Positions 1 to 10,107 of a stretch of 64,000 bases of DNA are shown here, piece by piece. Under the pieces are notes generated by a model. It did not search any database. It was given only the letters and a program-made list of their open reading frames with translations, and had not been told where the DNA came from. The stretch's first letter is position 1, and each line of letters starts with the position of its first letter. The translations under genes and the position numbers were made by a program. Source of the DNA: Flaccisagitta enflata (Eukaryota); contig OZ231126.1 in NCBI GenBank assembly GCA_965153355.1, positions 28,210,001 to 28,274,000 on the forward strand, read 5' to 3'.

Positions 1-1369
1 CGCCGACGCCGACGTGTCTAAAGCCAAATCCCAAATCGAGAAGGAAAACGAAAAAGCGAACAAATTGAAAACCACGCTGGCTAAGAAGTCGAGGCAGTTA
101 AGAGCGGCCGAGCGCAAGTTGGATGAAATCCCCTCCAAAGCCGAGTTGGATCAGTACCAAAAGAGATTCTTAGAATTATATGACGAGTCGGCCGCCGTGC
201 ACAGGTAAAATATCAGGTTTTGTAAGGGTGTGGATGTTGGTTGTTAGTTGAAGATGTCGATGATCTATGCTTTCATACATACAGAAAATTATTCTCTTCT
301 GCTACGTCCCTCCCCCCGGCGACCCAGATCTAAGCCTGGAGGCTAAATTCCTATCCTCAAGGCTCAAACCCCACTCCGGGAGCCCAAATCCCAGCCTCGA
401 GGCCTAAATCCCGCCTTCTAAGCTCAAATCCCATCCTCGAGGCGCAAATCTCATCCTCCAGGCTTGAATCCAAGCCTTTAGGCCCAAATCTCAATCTTGA
501 AGCTCAACTTTTAGCCTCAAGGTTTAAATATCAGCCTCGTGGAGGAAATGATCTCCTTATTTGTGAAAGCATAGGTCATCGACCCCGTTGGGGTCGCTGC
601 CCTGCTTCCCCCTCAACTTCAAGCGCAATATTCTTAGGCGGGGTTCGGGTACCGCTGACCATCTAACATTCTAACGCTTTTGCGACTATGTATAGTACAT
701 AATGAGGGTAGGCTATATTTTTGCGGTTCTTTTTGATTAAAGGAATTAATGTAGTCGGCGTCAAGTCGACATCCACTTTGTCTTTTGAGTCATCGAGTTT
801 GATCGGGTTTATCGATGACATTATCGATGATGGTCGAAATTCGGATACAATTGGGCGGTAAATTTGACTGATCGTGATTGACGTGGTTAGCAGTGATTGA
901 CGTGATTGGGGACTGGTTTAACCAAAATACTTCCACGTTGACTAGTTAATTGACTAAATATTTGCAATGGGCTGTTATCATTGACTCATTGTATTGACTT
1001 ATCAATTTTTAATATTCTATCAGGCAAACCAAACAGTTTTATTCCCTCTACAACACTTTGGACGACAAAAGAAGATATTTGGAGAAGGAAGTAAACGTTT
1101 TGGAGTCAATCCACGACAACTTCGAGCAGGCGATGTCGACGCCGGCTGGGAAGGAAGAATTCCTCCAACAGCTCGCCAACATCGTCGAAGGCATCGGCAA
1201 AAACAAAGAAGCGCTCGAAAGGAAAAAGTGCGGGGAAAAGGCGAAACTAGACGAAGTTAACGAAAGCTTGGCCTCGCTCGTCGAGAAGAAGAGGCTTTAC
1301 TTCAAAATGGTCAAAGAGTTTCAAGAAGAGTGCAAAAAGAACGATGCGTTGATGAGTAAGCTAGAGTGA
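1..1369 (+). CDS. CCDC93: CCDC93 (CCC complex coiled-coil subunit), last two coding exons: <1..204 and 1024..1369
   Basis: Translation RKLDEIPSKAELDQYQKRFLELY...VHR|QTKQFYSLYNTLDDKRRYLEKEVNVLESIHDNF matches the recalled CCDC93 C-terminus. A GT-AG phase-2 intron (205-1023) joins the frames; TGA stop ends at 1369. Confidence 0.9.
250..690 (+). mobile_element. Non-autonomous interspersed repeat, family B (subterminal inverted repeats around ~21-bp tandem units; Helentron/HINE-like)
   Basis: Its 3' end (ggtcatcgacccc...gggtaccgctgaccatctaac...gcttttgcgactat) recurs reverse-complemented from 38538 and in the same orientation, more diverged, at ~44670-44775. Internal (ggctcaaatcccagcctcga)-like units. 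Confidence 0.65.
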
Positions 1370-1858
1370 AAACTGCATTAAGGTACCACGTTTGTTTTTG
1401 TGAGAAGATGAATATTGCGTGATCAAATTTGATGACTCCTTAAGTATTCCCTACGTCTATACTTACTAAGATTGAAATTGATGCACTGACTGATTGCTGT
1501 ATAGATGCCTTGGTGGATTTGAACGCCATTCTAGTGCCTTGAAAATATTCTAGTCACATTCCCTTTGCCTTCGTTATACACAGTTTATTGTTGGCAAATT
1601 TCATTCCCCTTTATCTTGAAAAAACAATATTCCTATTTTCTTTATCATCAAATCGGTTTTTAGCCCGGGCTACCTGATCCTGATGGACGTTGCCAGAAGT
1701 CGTCAGATCTAGTCACGAAACCGCTAAAAGAGGGCCCCCGAGCTAGCTATTGCTTTCGACGCTGTCCTTCTAACGGATTGAATTCGCGCCGTTGAGCAAG
1801 AGGCGTTTCCCTGAAAAAAAAAACCCAAAAAGTTAGCTTCCCCTGAACGACCAAGACC

Positions 1859-3035
1859 ATGTCACTAACAAGGAATGTTCTGCTGAAAGTGAGTTTCGCT
1901 CAAGCGCGACGTCGGCGATCAGAATCGGAATATGTTCTACCTTCTTCGACTGACAATGACGATGCGTGTGAAGCCGGGAATGTCACCCACAATGCCATCA
2001 ACGCTTCAGAAAACTCGTTTCCGATCTTTCGTGACAACGACGATTCAGTATTTTCAACCCCCAGTCGAGGCGGAAAGGATATCGTTAGGAAAAGCATCGA
2101 TGATTCTCCGTCCAAATGTGACCGGGAAAATGACTCCCCCGAAAAGGAAAATAAAGGTCGTGGTTGATTACATTTTCTAAATTGAGAGAATGAGCGAATC
2201 TGTTTATGAAGATATTTTGTAGGTCAGTGTAGAAAACAAAGTGAAACAAAAACAAACAAGTGACACGGTCACAATATCGTTGCGGACGGGTGGGCAGGGG
2301 CATACAACCCCCGTCCACACCCTCACCCACACACAGACAATCACAACGGCAGTCTAGAATATGCGCGTTTTTGCATGGTTCAATTTGATAATCACGGACG
2401 GACCAATGCACCGACGGACGGACAAAGCCTCTTATAGAGTTGCGTGTCCGCATCTAGAAACACGGAAGTACTGCAGGATGATGATAGTTTATCGATGTTA
2501 ATCTGCATGTACTGGTTCTCCCTCAGAAAATGTAATCCAACCATCAGGTAGGAGATCCTCTCCTTTGCACCGTCTTTCTGGTCGCATTCGACGTCGGCGC
2601 TCATTGTACGACGACAGCGGCGTCCTTCCGCACGTTCGGCGCCGTTCTTCTTCATTTTCCTTTCCGATCGTCAAAAAAGGAACATTCATTAGCGGAAAAA
2701 CAAATACCAAACCGGCTCGAAGATGGACCAAAGTCGAGGACGAATGGATTCCCATCGGCGGAGTCCGTAAGAGAATTCCCGGCGGCCTGAAAGACAGACT
2801 GCAGAAGATACGAGATCGACGGGCGTTGAAAAATGGCTCTGGCGCCAATTCCCGCCAGGATGATGTCGACGGGGTTGTGCCGTTAGTTTCGACGAACGCT
2901 GGAATGGGAGGCAGTCGAGATCCCAATCGACGCCGCGATCAAACGACGCCGGAAGCGCAGAAGACTAAAGAAAGACCGCGCATCGATAGTTTTAGCTCCC
3001 TCGTTGCTGAGGCCGATACACCCTGGTCGGTGTAA
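1859..3035 (+). CDS. Putative two-exon gene (1859..2156 + 2527..3035), ~268-aa low-complexity Ser/Arg/Asp-rich protein of unknown function
   Basis: ATG ORF 1859 and ORF 2565 join in frame through a phase-1 intron (aaag|gtcgtg at 2157 ... ttctccctcag| at 2526). The intron is AT-rich and contains a repeat copy. No recognisable domain. Confidence 0.5.
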
Positions 3036-3141
3036 TTAACGAATTTATGCTCTGTTGTACTGAATCAGTTCAGTACTTACCGGAATTGAAACTATCTCTT
3101 CTTATTGTTACATTGGCTTGTCAAACCAATTGGAATTTTAC

Positions 3142-3203
3142 TACTATTCCGCCTACAGGGAATGTTCGTCGACGAAACAAGGTTGGAGAAAAAGATAAAC
3201 ATT
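3142..3203 (+). repeat. Split direct repeat A1 (left terminus)
   Basis: tactattccgcctacagggaatgttcgtcgacgaaacaaggttggagaaaaagataaacatt, identical to 11521-11582. Confidence 0.95.
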
Positions 3204-3393
3204 CTCCGATGGTGTCCTCGCTTCTCCGACGTGGTCCCTCTCCTGATTCACCAGCAACATTCGACGGAATCAGCTTCAAAAACAATTAAATTTTTTGCAT
3301 TGCCTTCCCCCGCATATTTATTTTTCCTTTCTTTTATTCCCTTTCAGGCTTACTCATAAACAACTTACTAAACATTCATTTAAAGCTAGAGAA

Positions 3394-3822
3394 ATGGCCT
3401 CCACGCTGCCTTTTGTCAAATTGGACCCCAATGCCCATGCTCCAAGGAGAGCTTCTGCTGACGCCGCCGGGCTAGATCTTTTCGCGGTGAACGAAGTCGT
3501 CATTAATCCTGGCAACCGCGAGCGAGTTGAGACCGGCATTCAGGTGGCGATCCCTCGAGGCTACTACGGTAGGATCGCTCCTCGCTCGGGCATGGCTCTG
3601 CGGATGGGCCTCGACGTTGGCGGCGGCGTTATCGACGCCGATTATCGTGGCGGTGTCGCCGTCATTCTTTTCAACCACGGCGCCTCAGAGGTCAAGATTC
3701 TCCCCTCTGATCGCATTGCGCAGCTGATTATCGAGAAGATTGCCTGCCCCGTTCCTGTGGAGGTTGTTTCTCTCGAGGATACCGAACGCGGTTCTGGCGG
3801 TTTCGGCTCCTCTGGCTATTGA
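3394..3822 (+). CDS. dut: Trimeric dUTPase (142 aa) encoded inside the retrotransposon
   Basis: All five dUTPase motifs are present: AGLDL, GRIAPRSG, GVIDADYRG, DRIAQL, RGSGGFGSSG. Intronless; ATG at 3394. Confidence 0.95.
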   Translation: MASTLPFVKLDPNAHAPRRASADAAGLDLFAVNEVVINPGNRERVETGIQVAIPRGYYGRIAPRSGMALRMGLDVGGGVIDADYRGGVAVILFNHGASEVKILPSDRIAQLIIEKIACPVPVEVVSLEDTERGSGGFGSSGY

Positions 3823-3985
3823 GTAATCGATACATCATCAAGATCTAAGCATTCGTATTTCCGTTCCTGTTCGTTATTTTTCTTGCATTTCACGTTTTCT
3901 GTTCTGTTCTGTTACCGTTCTCTTTAGTTATTTCAGATTTACTCAATTAATTTCCTAAGTTTTGACTAGCGTATTTTTCTGCAAA

Positions 3986-5412
3986 ATGGCTGCTACGCCA
4001 AAGCCACCCAAGAGTTATTACGATGCGATGGAGCCTCTGCCGGAAGACTTTCATCCTTACGGTCCCGATTGCGCTCTTCATCGCGAGGTTCAATGCGTCG
4101 CCTTCCATCACGGGTTGTCGCTGGAACACGTTCAGCAGTTAGCCGGCTTTGGCTTCAATTCCGTTACGTCCTTTTCTACGTGCAAGCCCGATGGCACGGA
4201 GAACGAGCAATGTTTGCATCGCCTTGCTTTGGCTCTCTTCAAGTCCGAGCTCATCCGTCATAGGGTGGCCCTAGCGATCGCGCGTTTGAACAGCGGAGAT
4301 CCCTTTGCTCCACTTCCTCCGCCCTTGTTTACGCCTTCAGCATCGCCGTCCGTGTCAAGTGCGGCTTCGTTGCCCCCGGCAAAGAGACAGAAAGTTTCTT
4401 CGAACGAGGCGCAGGCGGCGCCTTCTCCAAACGCATCGCAGTCGACGCTCCCGGCGTCATCTGGAGCGCCGCCTGTAGCAGCGCCGCTTTCTGGCATGGC
4501 CGCGGCCGCGGCTGCTTCCGTTGGGTCTTCTGGCGGCGTCGAGGCCACATCCTCGTCTGGGACGGCGCGAAGAATCGTTACGATGGATGGCGCGAAAGAT
4601 CCCAAGGAGTATTCTGACTCTGATTCTGATTCAAGCTCGGATTCGGATGGTGGCGTCGGTTCTTCCTCGAAGTCCAGCGGAAAGGCGAAGGATGCAAATG
4701 CCATGGTCGAGGGTATCGGCAGTGAGGTGAGAATTCTGATGGTCGGTGATTGGATGATTTCTTTTGAATCTTATTTGATTGACATTGTTTCTGCCATGGA
4801 TATTTTGATATGATGTTTGCCATTTTACAGAGGCTGTCAAAGAGATGGCGCGACTTGCTCGATCACTGCCAGATTCGTATGGAATGTAATTCCGATTCCG
4901 GCGACTACAGCACGATGTTGTACCTGTTCAAGAAAGTCATTCGCTCTGCCAAAGGCTCTCGCGTTGCAGATCCGGTCAAGAACAAGGCTCAGGCGTTGCG
5001 CAGGACTTTGAAGTCCATTTTTCATCTCATCAAGACCCATTGCGTTAATGGAAATTCCGGCGTTGCCACGGTGTTGTACAATGAATTGTCAGGTTTGGCC
5101 GGCTCCTCGACCATCAGACGTGTCAACAAAACGTTACAGCAGACCTTTGGCGCCGCCCGCGGTCGCCTGAGTTCAAACACACGTTCTGACAGCCCGACTG
5201 CCGTTCAGGCTTCTTTCCCAACTAACACCGGACAGACCGCTGGCCGCGGTGGTCGTGGAGCCTTCCAAGGGAATTTTAGGCGTAATTTTCCCAACAATCG
5301 TGGCAACGCCGGCGGCGCCGCTGGGGGCCGTCGCGTTATGCGTTGTTTTATTTGCAATGTCGTTGGCCACGGTTTTCAGCAGTGCCCCCAGCGCCCTGAT
5401 AGTACTTCTTAG
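3986..5412 (+). CDS. Gag-like ORF1 (exons 3986..4726 + 4831..5412, ~440 aa) with C-terminal CCHC zinc knuckle
   Basis: A phase-0 intron (gag|gtgaga at 4727 ... cattttacag| at 4830) joins the two ORFs in frame. An RGG-rich stretch precedes CFICNVVGHGFQQC (CX2CX4HX4C). Confidence 0.8.
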
Positions 5413-6014
5413 TTTCCTTTGATCAATGCCTCAAAGCGTTTTCACCTTCTCGGGAAAGGCAGTAAGACTCTTCTTGGGTCTGTGTAGTAATTTCGTTTAA
5501 AGTCGTAATATGTGATGGTTCCGTCTTGGGATGGCGGCGGCAGCGGTAGCGGAATTTTGCGAGTAATAATGTTTTGATCTGTTATCACCTTTTCTTTACT
5601 ATTTTTGGCGTAGATAATCTTTATTGTTGACACGTTGATTCATCGTTTTGGTTTTTCCTCTTTCAGATAAGCTGATAGCTAGTTTCATTAAAATGGCGTT
5701 TTTTGGTTTCAAAGAAACAAACAGAAATGTTGAATTTAGAGACAGTAACGAGAATGATTGGTTTTATGGAATATGGACTGTGGAAGAGGAAGTGATTTCA
5801 TATATCACATGATATATGTTTGGCGGCATGTTCGTGGTTTGGTTGATGTTCGATCTACCCCCCCCCCCCTCGGCGGTTCATTATGCCGTCGTCGGGCCGT
5901 CGTCGTTGCCACGGATCTGCCTTTGCTCGGCTTTTGCATCTATTTTTGTGCATGCTTTTACATTTATTTTTGTACATGCTAATAATTCATATGATTCTTT
6001 TCATTCTCGGTTGG

Positions 6015-6490
6015 AAATATGTTGTGCCGTGATTTTAGTCACTTGGGTGCCAACATTTGTGAAGCCATTATGGGGCCGTGACTTGGTCACATGAGTGCTC
6101 CTTGGTTTAGCTTCAGTTTTATACCGAGGTTCGATATAATTTTTGACATGTACAATGCAGAGTTTCTCGCGCAAAGGGGAAAAGTGTTTATTTGTGTTTA
6201 AGGCCGTGATTCAGTCACTTGGGTGCCTTCACTTTGGTTTTTTGGGAGATGTTTGCATTTCGTCCGTCTGTCTGCTATGTCTATTTGTCAGTTCGTTTCT
6301 CCCCTGTCAGCATAGTCGTGACAGCAGGCTGTGTCAGCCCTTTTTCCCCGTTATGATTATTTGCACCTCCTTAGACCCTTTGCCGTGATTCGGTCACTTG
6401 AGTGCAAAGCCTTTTCTTTTGTGCCTTGGGCACAGCTTCTTGGTCTTGTTTTTGGCTCGCCGTGATCCTGTCACTTGAGCGCGAGGCCTT
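6015..6490 (+). other. Array of five conserved stem-loop motifs GC-C-GTGAY-(3-4 nt)-GTCAC-WTGRGY-GC, each with a copy-specific closing stem (putative cis-acting RNA element)
   Basis: Cores at 6026-6050, 6075-6098, 6203-6226, 6382-6405 and 6459-6482. The flanks differ between copies but pair in each (atgttg/caacat, aagcca/tggttt, aagg/cctt, ctttgc/gcaaag, ctcgc/gcgag). Confidence 0.75.
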
Positions 6491-6626
6491 TGTGGAGGTG
6501 GTTTGCTCTGCGCGGAATGTACTGTTTCTGGCGTTGCAAGTTAATTGGCTGATGGCACGGGTTTTTTGCCTGAGATGAATTTTCGTCTTATCATATGGTT
6601 TTTTTTTTTCATGGCCTGGTTCTCAT

Positions 6627-6676
<50 letters not shown>

Positions 6677-7573
6677 GCCTTTGCCAAGTACATGAAAATT
6701 CGCGCCACCAGGCCCCCGCTTTCGTCCAGAGATTTTGATCCATTGGCCGCAATGGCCCGTCGCAGTTCGAAGGGCCCTTCATGGGTTGACCTGGAGGGGC
6801 GGCCTGCCTCTCCTCCCGATTTCTCCCGGCTGCCCACGCCAGACGATGTTCTTGCGGGACGAGCAGCCCCCGATTGTGAAGGCTTGAGGCTTCGGTCTCA
6901 ATATACTTTTGTTTGTGGACATTTGCACGATTATGTACCAATTTGGGATTGTTACATGTCCGGTCTGCCGGGCTATGATATTGTGCGCCCATGGCTCAAG
7001 GATGGGGTTCACATCCCTTCCTTTTTTCAACATTTTAAGGGCTCTTTCAATGGGCGTGTTTTCGATTCCTCAACCCCTCCCCCCATGTTTTTTCAGAACG
7101 CTCCAATATGCTGGGAGTACGAGGATTTCATCTCTGATACTGTTTTGAAACGATTGGAGGAGGGTAGCATGCTTTGCCTTGGCCGTGTTGGGGAAACTCC
7201 CCCCCCTTATGTAGTTAATGCTCTCAGCATCGAGCCCATCAAGCCCCGCCTTATATTGTCTATGAGGGCGGTCAATTTGTTTTGTCGCGATACCCCGTTT
7301 TCGCTTGCTCCTTTAACTGATATTGTCAAGGCCATCCCCAATGGCTCTTATTTCTCATCCTATGACGATGTTCAAGGCTACAAGCAATTATCTTTGACAA
7401 AGGAGTCGTACAAATTTTGCGGTTTTGAATGGAACGGTTGGTGGTTTACTGACACAACCCTCCCATTCGGTTGGAAAAACAGTGCTTATGTTTATACAAT
7501 GACGGGTGAGGTTCTTTCTCAATGGCTTCGCTCGAAAGGGGTGCACAATGCCCTCTGGATCGATGACAGATTT
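6677..7573 (+). CDS. pol segment 1: reverse transcriptase (DIRS-order type)
   Basis: KPRLIL, SSYDDVQGYKQL (motif A), TLPFGWKNS (motif B), LWIDD (motif C). Begins after a (CT)n-cag acceptor at 6676; first ATG at 6692. Confidence 0.9.
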
Positions 7574-7673
7574 GTGGGCTTGGCCCCGCCCTTTTGATTT
7601 CATTTTCTACCAGTTTATTTCATTTCCTGCTTGCTTTCTACCATTTTGGTTTTCTTTCATTTCTGTGTCCTAG

Positions 7674-8161
7674 GATTCTCTCGAGCTGCGGGCTAGACGG
7701 GCCTCTTACGTTCTCCTCTACGCGGCAATGGTATTGGGTTATTTCGTTTCTCAACTGAAGAGTACTCTGCTTCCCGTTCAGCGTATGGTCCACCTTGGGC
7801 TGGGAATAGACTCATCATTGATGGCATTTTTTCTGCCGGACAGACTTCGCCAGAAATTTCGTGGTCGAAGGGAAGAACTTTTGTCAACGGGTTTAGCCAC
7901 TGAGAAACAGATGCAGTCATTTATCGGGAAATGTAACCATTTAAAATCTGTTTTCCCCGCTTCATCCCTTTTTACATTCCATTGCCGTCGTTTTGTATCG
8001 CAGCTTGACGAAAATCCTTCCCCCCTACCCCATGAAGTTATGGAGGAAGTCCGTTTTTGGTCCTGTATTGACTCGATGACCGACCCTATTCCTTTTCGTC
8101 GCCATCAGCATTTGCGTCTGAGCCTCTTCACCGACGCGTCTGGGTATGGCTGGGGGGCCTA
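7674..8161 (+). CDS. pol segment 2: RT C-terminal part, connection and start of RNase H
   Basis: LGYFVSQLKSTLLPVQRMVHLGLGIDS and LFTDASGYGWGA. Follows a pyrimidine tract and tag| acceptor at 7673; interrupted by a MITE at 8162. Confidence 0.85.
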
Positions 8162-8495
8162 CCGTATTTTCTCCATTTATCGCCCCCCCTCCAATTAACG
8201 CCCCCCCCTCTTAGAGCTCTCCAGAACAATAATATGAAGGAAGGTGAAATAGCAAATAATCTTTAAAAGTAGAAAGATTTTGCATATTTCAGTGGTTTTT
8301 TTCAAGGATTGAATAAAAAACAAGCAAGATATATCTTATCTTATATATATCTAATATCCTAAGTGGCATTTTTTGTCAATAACGTATAATTAGAGAGTTT
8401 TCACAGATTAAAAGGGGGCGCTAATTGGAGGGTGAAAAGACATTATATTTTTTCAATTTCAAAAGCGCCCGGGGCGCTAATTAGAGAAAATACGG
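8162..8495. mobile_element. 334-bp MITE (Tc1/mariner-pogo type, TA target duplication) inserted in the RNase H domain
   Basis: TIRs ccgtattttctc / gagaaaatacgg flanked by TA at 8160-8161 and 8496-8497. Removing the element plus one TA restores GWGAYVSLPSG in frame. Confidence 0.92.
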
Positions 8496-8497
8496 TA

Positions 8498-9830
8498 TGT
8501 GTCTCTTCCCTCTGGTCCGCTTGTCCTCCGCGACTATTGGCAGTCTGATCTGTTGTCCAATGATATATGCGTCAAAGAGGCTTTGGCTGTTCTGTTTGTC
8601 CTTCAAGCCCTGCCTGAGTCTGTATGGTCACGTCGAGTTGACATTTGTGTTGACAATGAAGGTCTGTCCCTCGCCTGGTCGGGCCTCCGGGCTTCCTCCC
8701 AGGGTTTAGCCGAAGTCTTGAAAGAATTAGCCCTCCTATGTATCGATTTAAATGTTGATTTGCGCCTTCTCTGGGTGCCCACAGATTTCAATATTGCTGA
8801 CGCTCCCTCTCGCGTCTTGTGTCGCAGCGACGCCCGCCTTTCTGACGCTCTCCGTCTTTCCCTTTGGGAGCGTTATGGTCCATTTTCATGGGATTTGATG
8901 GCCCTTCCGTCAAATGCCTTTTCCGTTTATGGGCGTTCTCTGCCTTTCTTCTCTCCTTTTCCCATTGCTGGATGTGCGGGCGTGGATGTTTTTTCTCAGC
9001 GCGCCCCTCGCGGAGTTTCATATGCCTTTCCCCCCTTTGTCATGATCTTGCCCTTGATTGGTTTGTTGGAAGAGTGGGGCGATGTTTGCGCCATTTTGGT
9101 CCTCCCCTTTGACTCCTTTTCTGCACCACCAAGCTGGTTTTCACGACTTTCCCCTTTCATTTTGGAAATCATGCCTTTGGTTTCCAAGACAGACATTGGT
9201 TCTGTCCTTTTTCCTTCATCCGGGGGTTTCGCTCCAAACTGCTATCCCTTAGCCTTTGGCTTGTCTGCTTTCAAATGTTTCTTTCCACCACGGGCCACTC
9301 TCCCTCGGCCCTTTCCTCCTCCTCCTTTCAGGATCCTCATCGGTTCCGACTCAATGTTGCGCCCTTTGGCCGCTTTAAAATGGCCCTCTCCTTTCAATGT
9401 TGAAGTAGTTTGCCTTTCCGGCGCCTCTCTTGCCACTGTCATTTCACAGCTTGTTTTGCGCCTCCCTGCCCAGTTTGATGCCTGCCTCTTTCACGCTGGT
9501 GTCAACGATGTTTCGAGGGGGGGCGATGACTTTCAGGGCTCCTTTCAGTCCTCCTGTTCTTATGCAGCTTCTGTCCTTTCATCGAAATTCCCGGAAGGTG
9601 CGATTTTGTGCTCGTCTGTCTGTCAGACCAAATCCGCGAGCCTTAACGAGCGAGTGCGTGTAGCAAACGAGGCTTTCCGCTCCTTTTCTGCCTCCTATTC
9701 CTGGCGGTATGTTTCTCACGATAATATTCGTTTTGCCGATCTCTCAGACGAGGTCCATTTGAGCGCTTCTGGCGTCGCTAAAATGTATCGCCATTTATGT
9801 TTTGCCTTTCGCTCTCTGCTGAGTAGTTAA
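8498..9830 (+). CDS. pol segment 3: RNase H + DIRS-type N6-adenine methyltransferase-like domain + SGNH/GDSL hydrolase domain
   Basis: RNase H: ICVKEALAV, CVDNE, WVPTDFNIADAPSR. MT-like: WDLMALPSNA...FFSPFP...GVDVFSQ...SYAFPPFVMI...AILVLP. SGNH blocks: IGSDSM, LSGASL, FHAGVND, DEVHLS. Confidence 0.85.
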
Positions 9831-10107
9831 TGATTTTCTAGTTGGCATTATTGCACAATGTTAACAATGTTCCATAATACATCGTGATGCTAACAATGTT
9901 CCACAATGCTTTGCAATGTTCCACAATGTTTCAGTGTATGCGAGTAATTCAGGAGTCGCTTGGCGTTCAATGTGGAAGCTGGGGCAGAGTAAGCGCCATC
10001 TCCGGCGGTCATGGAGTGAAGTTGTTCAGGTAAATTGGTGGTGAATGTGTATGGTGCTTGCTGTTTACGTTCTCTTCTGCCCCCTCTTCCCTTTCCACAT
10101 CCGGCAG

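Noticed and set aside
2392-2926. Minus-strand ORFs opposite the orphan gene
   Set aside because: No recognisable domain; the plus-strand model has consistent splice signals.
4258-4704. Antisense ORF within gag, and other shadow ORFs across pol and YR
   Set aside because: Explained by GC-rich coding sequence on the + strand.
6015-6490. Stem-loop array as CRISPR-like repeats or known self-cleaving ribozymes
   Set aside because: Spacing is irregular (49-179 bp) and I see no hammerhead CUGANGA/GAAA core or HDV-like pattern. Kept only as an unclassified RNA motif.
8162-8495. MITE as a spliced-out intron of pol
   Set aside because: No GT-AG pair at its boundaries restores the frame; only precise removal of the element plus one TA does.
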